Origin: an uncultured virus (IMG/VR IMGVR_UViG_3300031658_000003)
Lineage: Duplodnaviria > Heunggongvirae > Uroviricota > Caudoviricetes
Direction: 5' to 3' (one strand)
Virus record (IMG/VR): IMGVR_UViG_3300031658_000003
DNA: 20,000 bases
Shown here: positions 15,033 to 20,000 of the stretch, piece by piece
Layout of the letters: every line of letters begins with the position of its first letter
Position numbering within the stretch: the first letter of the stretch is position 1
Made by a program: the position numbers and the translations under genes
The notes under the pieces: model-generated
Databases searched by the model: none
What the model was told of the DNA's origin: nothing
What the model saw: only the letters and a program-made list of their open reading frames with translations

Positions 15033-17105
15033 ATGGACAAAAAATTCGCAGATTTCGTAGAGTTAGATGAGGGTATCAATGACCCTGGCATCTTCAAAGC
15101 CGTGTTTCTTGCTGGCGGACCAGGCAGTGGTAAGTCATTTGTTGTTGGTCAAACTGCACTAACCGCGTTTGGATTAAAACTTATAAACTCAGATGTTGCA
15201 TTTGAAACAGCAATGAAGAAGGCTGGCATGGATTCAACACCTGAGAACATCTATACGGTTAAAGGACAGTCACTCAGAGACAGAGCAAAAAAACTGACAC
15301 AAATGAAGCAAGATGGTCTACTAAGTGGCAGGCTTGGTCTTGTCATTGATGGTACTGGAAAAGATTACAATAAGATTCAAACTCAAAAGAAAGCGTTAGA
15401 AAATCTTGGCTATGATTGCGCTATGATCTTTGTTAATACTAATGAAGAGACTGCCCAGAGTAGGAACATGAATCGTGACAGAACAATGCCAGCTGCCCAA
15501 GTCAAAAAGATGTGGAGCGCAGTTCAAGATAACATAGGTAAGTTTCAAAACTTATTTGGTTCTAATCTACACATTGTTGACAACGGCGAAGACTCTGATT
15601 GGAAAGGTGCTACTCTTGGCGCGTATCGTAAAATTGGTGCATGGGTGAAATCACCAGTAAAAAATTACAAAGCTACTCGATGGATCAAAGATCAAAAGAA
15701 AGCGCGAGGTATTAAAGAGGGTGCACCTGCAAGTCAACGGTTAGCTAACCGTTTGAAGTCTAGTGGAGTTGATTTAGCAAAACGCGCAAAAGATCGAGCC
15801 GCAGAACATGAAAAACTGAAAGCACAGTACGCATCTGATACTGTTAAAGAAGAAGGTGGTGATATTGGCAGAAATAAGCTAATAATGAAAGATCGCCTTG
15901 GCAAGTCATCAATGCAACGCAAACAAGAAAAGCGTAAGCAAGCACTATCAAACAAACTTCCTCCTATTAAGAAGATAGCAGAAGACGCATATGCCAAGAG
16001 TGTAGAGGAAGCTAAGTTAGCTGAAGCACAGTCTATTATTAAACCAATTCTGGCATTCACGTGGAATAAGAAAGAATACGAAGTTGCGGCTGGCATTTTG
16101 AAGAAGATTGTGGATCGCAAGAAGAAAGAAGGTGGTGGCAGAATGCGACATGGCATGGAATACTATGCCCAACAAGTTGCCTCACAGTTCCATAGAAATA
16201 AGGTTGATGCTAGAACACTAGCCAAGTACTATACTGAAGAATACTCTGCACAGAAGCATGAATGGGGAACTCCAGAAGGTACTAAACATTACAAAGATAT
16301 GACTCCTGGACAGGGAGTGCCGCATAACCATGGTGCCCGTCCATTAACTCGTGAAGAGTTGATCAAGTTGAATGCGATGAACAAGCCTATCACAGAAGAT
16401 TATGATCAACCACATGAAGATGACGAACCTGTAGGCGCAAAGACTAAAGCTAAGTATGCCTCAGACAACGCAGAAGAAGCATTACTTCTCCCACAAGACT
16501 ATGAATTTTCTGAAGTAGAAATTCTGGAAATGGAATCAGATATAGAAAGCCTGACATTTGATGACATGGTTGACCTGGACATGTACGATGATTCAGAACT
16601 CGATGAGTTCGATAAGATTGAAGACTTTGAAGCGGATGTTGAAGAAGAAGAAGAACTTACGGCTGATGTTACTCTTGATGAGGCACTATCTGTTCAAGGT
16701 AGAATGAAGCGCAGGTTCCATGCAAGACGTAATCGACAGAAGTTGAAAGTCGCTAGGATGAGAGCCTCAAGAAGAGCTGGTGATCCTGCAAGAATTAAGA
16801 AGCGAGCCCAACGTGGCGCCTTGTCAGTAATCAAAAAGCGTTTTGCTAGAGGTCGTGATATTAAAGCATTGCCGCCAGCAGAGAAAGCTAGGCTTGAGAA
16901 GATGACACAGAAGTTCTCTGGACTTGTGAGTCGCTTGGCTGTTCGTATGGTGCCAATTGTTCGCAAGAACGAATTGACTCGGATTAAGAAAGGAGGCGGC
17001 ATGAAGAAGCAGGCATCTAAAAAATTCAAAGTTAAAAAGGGTGGGTCGGCTAGTAAATATAAAGCTAAGAAGTTTAAGATAACCGCGCCGAAAAAGAAGA
17101 AATAA
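15033..17105 (+). CDS. Modular protein: N-terminal P-loop kinase (PNK/zeta-toxin-like), acidic segment, very basic C-terminal domain
   Basis: AVFLAGGPGSGKS, INSD, VIDGTG, RNMNRDR lid; D/E-rich region near 16390-16680; K/R-rich region 16683-17102. Confidence 0.85.
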   Translation: MDKKFADFVELDEGINDPGIFKAVFLAGGPGSGKSFVVGQTALTAFGLKLINSDVAFETAMKKAGMDSTPENIYTVKGQSLRDRAKKLTQMKQDGLLSGRLGLVIDGTGKDYNKIQTQKKALENLGYDCAMIFVNTNEETAQSRNMNRDRTMPAAQVKKMWSAVQDNIGKFQNLFGSNLHIVDNGEDSDWKGATLGAYRKIGAWVKSPVKNYKATRWIKDQKKARGIKEGAPASQRLANRLKSSGVDLAKRAKDRAAEHEKLKAQYASDTVKEEGGDIGRNKLIMKDRLGKSSMQRKQEKRKQALSNKLPPIKKIAEDAYAKSVEEAKLAEAQSIIKPILAFTWNKKEYEVAAGILKKIVDRKKKEGGGRMRHGMEYYAQQVASQFHRNKVDARTLAKYYTEEYSAQKHEWGTPEGTKHYKDMTPGQGVPHNHGARPLTREELIKLNAMNKPITEDYDQPHEDDEPVGAKTKAKYASDNAEEALLLPQDYEFSEVEILEMESDIESLTFDDMVDLDMYDDSELDEFDKIEDFEADVEEEEELTADVTLDEALSVQGRMKRRFHARRNRQKLKVARMRASRRAGDPARIKKRAQRGALSVIKKRFARGRDIKALPPAEKARLEKMTQKFSGLVSRLAVRMVPIVRKNELTRIKKGGGMKKQASKKFKVKKGGSASKYKAKKFKITAPKKKK

Positions 17106-17108
17106 CAT

Positions 17109-17438
17109 ATGCCTAAAAACAAAGAAGAGTTAGTGGATATTGTCGAGACTGTTCCTCAAGATAAACCACTCGTTGACGAGGGTGCACAACGCCCTAGCAT
17201 AGTTCGCTGGTTCAAAGAGTTTTTCTTTGAGCAATACGAGTTGACGATCTTCTTTCCTGGTGAAGTGCATATTCAGTTTGACGGTACTAGGGTAGAGACA
17301 TTCGCACCTAAGAAGTACTATGCCAAGAAAATTAAAAAGCTGTCAGATAAGAACATTATCTTCATAGATACTGCTAACATTCAGCACGTTATTAAAGTGA
17401 CTACACCAGTTGGATACTCATTGAAAAAAATATATTAA
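17109..17438 (+). CDS. Hypothetical protein
   Basis: 109 aa ORF tightly packed between neighbours. Confidence 0.7.
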   Translation: MPKNKEELVDIVETVPQDKPLVDEGAQRPSIVRWFKEFFFEQYELTIFFPGEVHIQFDGTRVETFAPKKYYAKKIKKLSDKNIIFIDTANIQHVIKVTTPVGYSLKKIY

Positions 17439-17453
17439 TCATGGATAGAAGTT

Positions 17454-19064
17454 ATGGCTGTAGACGTTTTATTATTTACTGGATTTTCCTCTTACACTAA
17501 TACCAATCAAGACCAAGAAACGACTGATCCTGTCTACGATGTATGTAGTCGGGCATCTGGCACGTATCGAATAGCCCATTATCTAAGAGAAAAGCACCGG
17601 CTAGATGTTGAACTTGTTGATTTTGTTTTCGCATTCACATACGAAGAGTTAGTTGCCATAGTGGATTCTCGCGTAGATGAAACCACAAGAATGGTAGGAG
17701 TAGGTGGTATATTCTGGTTGTCATCCGCAAACGTAAAAAGAATATTTCAGTATATCAAACAAAAGTATCCGGACATAATCACTGTTGCCGGAAGTCAAGA
17801 TATCTGGTCTATATCACAAATAGGTGTGGACTGGTGCGTCACTGGTTACGGCGAACTTGGAATAAGTTCTATTCTAGATGGGAATCCAAAATACAACGAG
17901 TGGCAAATTATGCCCGGGGCTCCTATAGTTAAAGTCATAGATTGTTTTCATGATAAAGAACTGCAAGCATATCCTCTAGAGGATCTTTCTGTTGACTATG
18001 AAGAAAGAGACTTCATACAATCATTTGAAACTCTGAACATGGAAACTTCTCGCGGTTGTCGTTTTAAATGTGACTACTGCAACTTTCCTGTACTAGGGGT
18101 GAAAGATGATCACACTAGATCAGCCGAGTCTTTTGAAAAAGATTTAAAACGAAACTATGAGAAATGGGGCACAACCGAGTACGCGATAACTGACGAGACA
18201 TTCAATGATTACACAGATAAGATTCGCAAGTATGCTGATGTGGTAGAGCGTCTAGACTTTGAGCCAAACTTCACTGGATACATCCGCGCAGATTTGATGA
18301 TACAAAGACCACATGACCTTGAAGAACTCATTAGAATGCGATTCAATAGCCATCTGTATGGTATAGAGTCTACAAATAAAGCATCTGCTAAATCCATGGG
18401 CAAGGGTGGCGATCCTGAAAAAATACTAAATGGTATTTTGGAAGTAAAAAAGCGATTCTTGAAAGAGAATGGTTTCTATAGAGGTGAGATGAGTTTTATC
18501 TTTGGACTGCCGCACGAGACACCCGAAACTCAGCAAAAAACATATGAATGGCTAGATGAGAACTGGCGCGCTGAAGCGGTACAGCAAATGCCTCTGATGA
18601 TTCCAAAGAAAAGTGGTATCGCTCGACCAAATAAGATGACTGGAAACATACATAAATATGGGTATAGGGAGATGCAACCAATTGAAGTTATGCCTGTTGG
18701 AGATAGACTTGATCATATTTTGGCTAATCCCAATATAGACCCACTTATGAAAGATAGAATTAAACAATCAATGCCCGATCCCAGTAGTCATGAATTCATA
18801 CTTGCAACTGTATTGTGGAAGAATGAGCATTGGGACTATATCGATGCATGGGTAGAAGTATGGAAGAATATGTACGGACTCGAAAGCTACTGGGATAGAG
18901 GAGTACCAATATTCTATCAGGGAAATTGGTTGTCATGTGGGTACACAAAAGATGATATGATGAAATCTTTCAGGGAATTGGGCACAATGATGCTTCCGCC
19001 GATAGATAAGAGAATAGAATTCCTGGAAGACTACAAAGCGAAGAAGCTGGCATGGGAATCATAA
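17454..19064 (+). CDS. Radical SAM protein with probable N-terminal B12-binding-like domain
   Basis: ETSRGCRFKCDYC (CxxxCxxC at 18057-18080), DETF, YGIES, FIFGLPHET; upstream G.GE motif (TGYGE). Confidence 0.9.
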   Translation: MAVDVLLFTGFSSYTNTNQDQETTDPVYDVCSRASGTYRIAHYLREKHRLDVELVDFVFAFTYEELVAIVDSRVDETTRMVGVGGIFWLSSANVKRIFQYIKQKYPDIITVAGSQDIWSISQIGVDWCVTGYGELGISSILDGNPKYNEWQIMPGAPIVKVIDCFHDKELQAYPLEDLSVDYEERDFIQSFETLNMETSRGCRFKCDYCNFPVLGVKDDHTRSAESFEKDLKRNYEKWGTTEYAITDETFNDYTDKIRKYADVVERLDFEPNFTGYIRADLMIQRPHDLEELIRMRFNSHLYGIESTNKASAKSMGKGGDPEKILNGILEVKKRFLKENGFYRGEMSFIFGLPHETPETQQKTYEWLDENWRAEAVQQMPLMIPKKSGIARPNKMTGNIHKYGYREMQPIEVMPVGDRLDHILANPNIDPLMKDRIKQSMPDPSSHEFILATVLWKNEHWDYIDAWVEVWKNMYGLESYWDRGVPIFYQGNWLSCGYTKDDMMKSFRELGTMMLPPIDKRIEFLEDYKAKKLAWES

Positions 19065-19075
19065 TCTTTATTTCT

Positions 19076-19083
19076 TATAAATA
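19076..19083 (+). promoter_or_regulatory. T4-type late promoter
   Basis: Exact intergenic TATAAATA; SD GGAG follows. Confidence 0.8.
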
Positions 19084-19117
19084 ATAACAGTAAACAACAA
19101 ATTCTTGGAGACAAGTA

Positions 19118-20000
19118 ATGTCAATTGAAAGATCGATTAAAGATATCATAAATGGCACCGATGCCATCATGGAAAACGCAAACATGGACAAACGTCTTGA
19201 CATGCTTGTCCGTCAAGGTCTAATGCCCGCATCCAAGTTACCCATATTAAAACGCGGTCTTGCTAAATTAAATGGCGGAAAGGCGTTAGCACCACAAGAA
19301 CGGGACTCCGTAAACTCTTTAATGAATTCATTCATGTTTATTGTACTTGGAGACGATACTGTATTCAATCGCGCCAAGACTCAGATGAACAAAAATAAGG
19401 GAATGCACGAAGAAGTTGGTGAAGATGAAGAAGATGATTTTCTCACTGATGAAGAAGTAGAGAATCTTTTCGGTGAAGATGATTTCGTGTATGACGAAGA
19501 CTTAGCTGAAGACACCAATTGCGAGTGCGAAAATTGCGAGTGCGATCCTTGTGAATGCTCTAAAGAATCTGTGCAAGAAGCGTATAAGTTGTATCACAAA
19601 AGCTACACCGATGCAATCAACACTGCACATGCTCACCACGCTAAGAGTGGTTTAAAAGTATCTGATGATGATAGAATGTCTCACATTGGAATTGGAAGCA
19701 AAAAGCCAGGTAGCGGCAAGACTACTTCAGTCAATGTTCCTGCAAGTCATCACAAAACTGGTGACTCACATACTATACACACTCAAGTGTATAATAAAGG
19801 TGGAACCCATCCATACGAATTGAACACATACTCTTCTAAGACTCCTAAGAAATCAGGACCAAAGTCTAAGAATGAAGAAGTTGAGCATATTGCTGAATAC
19901 AACAAGCCAGTGTCACAAATGACTCCTTCTGAAAAGTCTGCCAATAATAGCAGACGTAAAGAATATAATGACTATCAGGCGAAGAGTAGAAGTGTGAAGA
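19118..20000 (+). CDS. Modular late protein, truncated by the window end (not in ORF track)
   Basis: Open from ATG 19118 to the window end (MSIERSIKDII...); contains an acidic tract, CECENCECDPCEC and a His-rich domain. Confidence 0.85.
   Translation, partial: MSIERSIKDIINGTDAIMENANMDKRLDMLVRQGLMPASKLPILKRGLAKLNGGKALAPQERDSVNSLMNSFMFIVLGDDTVFNRAKTQMNKNKGMHEEVGEDEEDDFLTDEEVENLFGEDDFVYDEDLAEDTNCECENCECDPCECSKESVQEAYKLYHKSYTDAINTAHAHHAKSGLKVSDDDRMSHIGIGSKKPGSGKTTSVNVPASHHKTGDSHTIHTQVYNKGGTHPYELNTYSSKTPKKSGPKSKNEEVEHIAEYNKPVSQMTPSEKSANNSRRKEYNDYQAKSRSVK

Noticed and set aside
15033..15719. Zeta toxin of a toxin-antitoxin pair with the upstream 73-aa acidic ORF
   Set aside because: A late promoter separates the two genes, and the motifs only support a generic P-loop kinase
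71..18767. All minus-strand ORFs and nested alternative-frame plus-strand ORFs in the track
   Set aside because: They shadow well-supported plus-strand genes and lack SD sequences or recognisable motifs
19703..19726. KPGSGKTT resembling a Walker A motif in the last ORF
   Set aside because: Lacks the first Gly of GxxxxGK[ST] (reads SKKPGSGKT), and no Walker B or P-loop domain context is present
1..20000. tRNA genes, CRISPR arrays, stop-codon reassignment
   Set aside because: No cloverleaf or repeat-spacer pattern seen in the short intergenic gaps; TAA, TGA and TAG all end genes at sensible positions

Overview
A 20 kb segment of a large T4-like myophage with a gene order typical of marine T4-like phages. 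The host is Gram-negative, judging from the two-component spanins. All credible genes are on the + strand. From left to right: small heat-shock protein, family B DNA polymerase (gp43), UvsX, gp41 helicase, and a late lysis cassette (i-spanin, o-spanin, and a two-TM protein carrying an EF-hand). Next come a 2OG-Fe(II) oxygenase and a sigma70-promoter-driven island of small early genes with a truncated nucleotide-sugar dehydrogenase. The window ends in a late block containing a ligase-like nucleotidyltransferase, an HxGH-family nucleotidyltransferase, a GH19 endolysin, a lipoprotein, a P-loop kinase fusion, a radical SAM enzyme and a truncated modular protein. The most notable signals are: (i) a three-hairpin ROSE-type RNA thermometer in the hsp20 leader; (ii) late enzymes (ligase-like, nucleotidyltransferase, kinase) and modular proteins with T4 capsid-targeting-like N-termini and Glu-poor domains joined by [LIV]-x-E linkers, suggesting a capsid-packaged, protease-processed enzyme payload; (iii) an EF-hand holin candidate; (iv) early promoters sharing a CAAATTGAG element, one with an IHF-consensus site. 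All family assignments come from motif recognition by eye, not from database searches.
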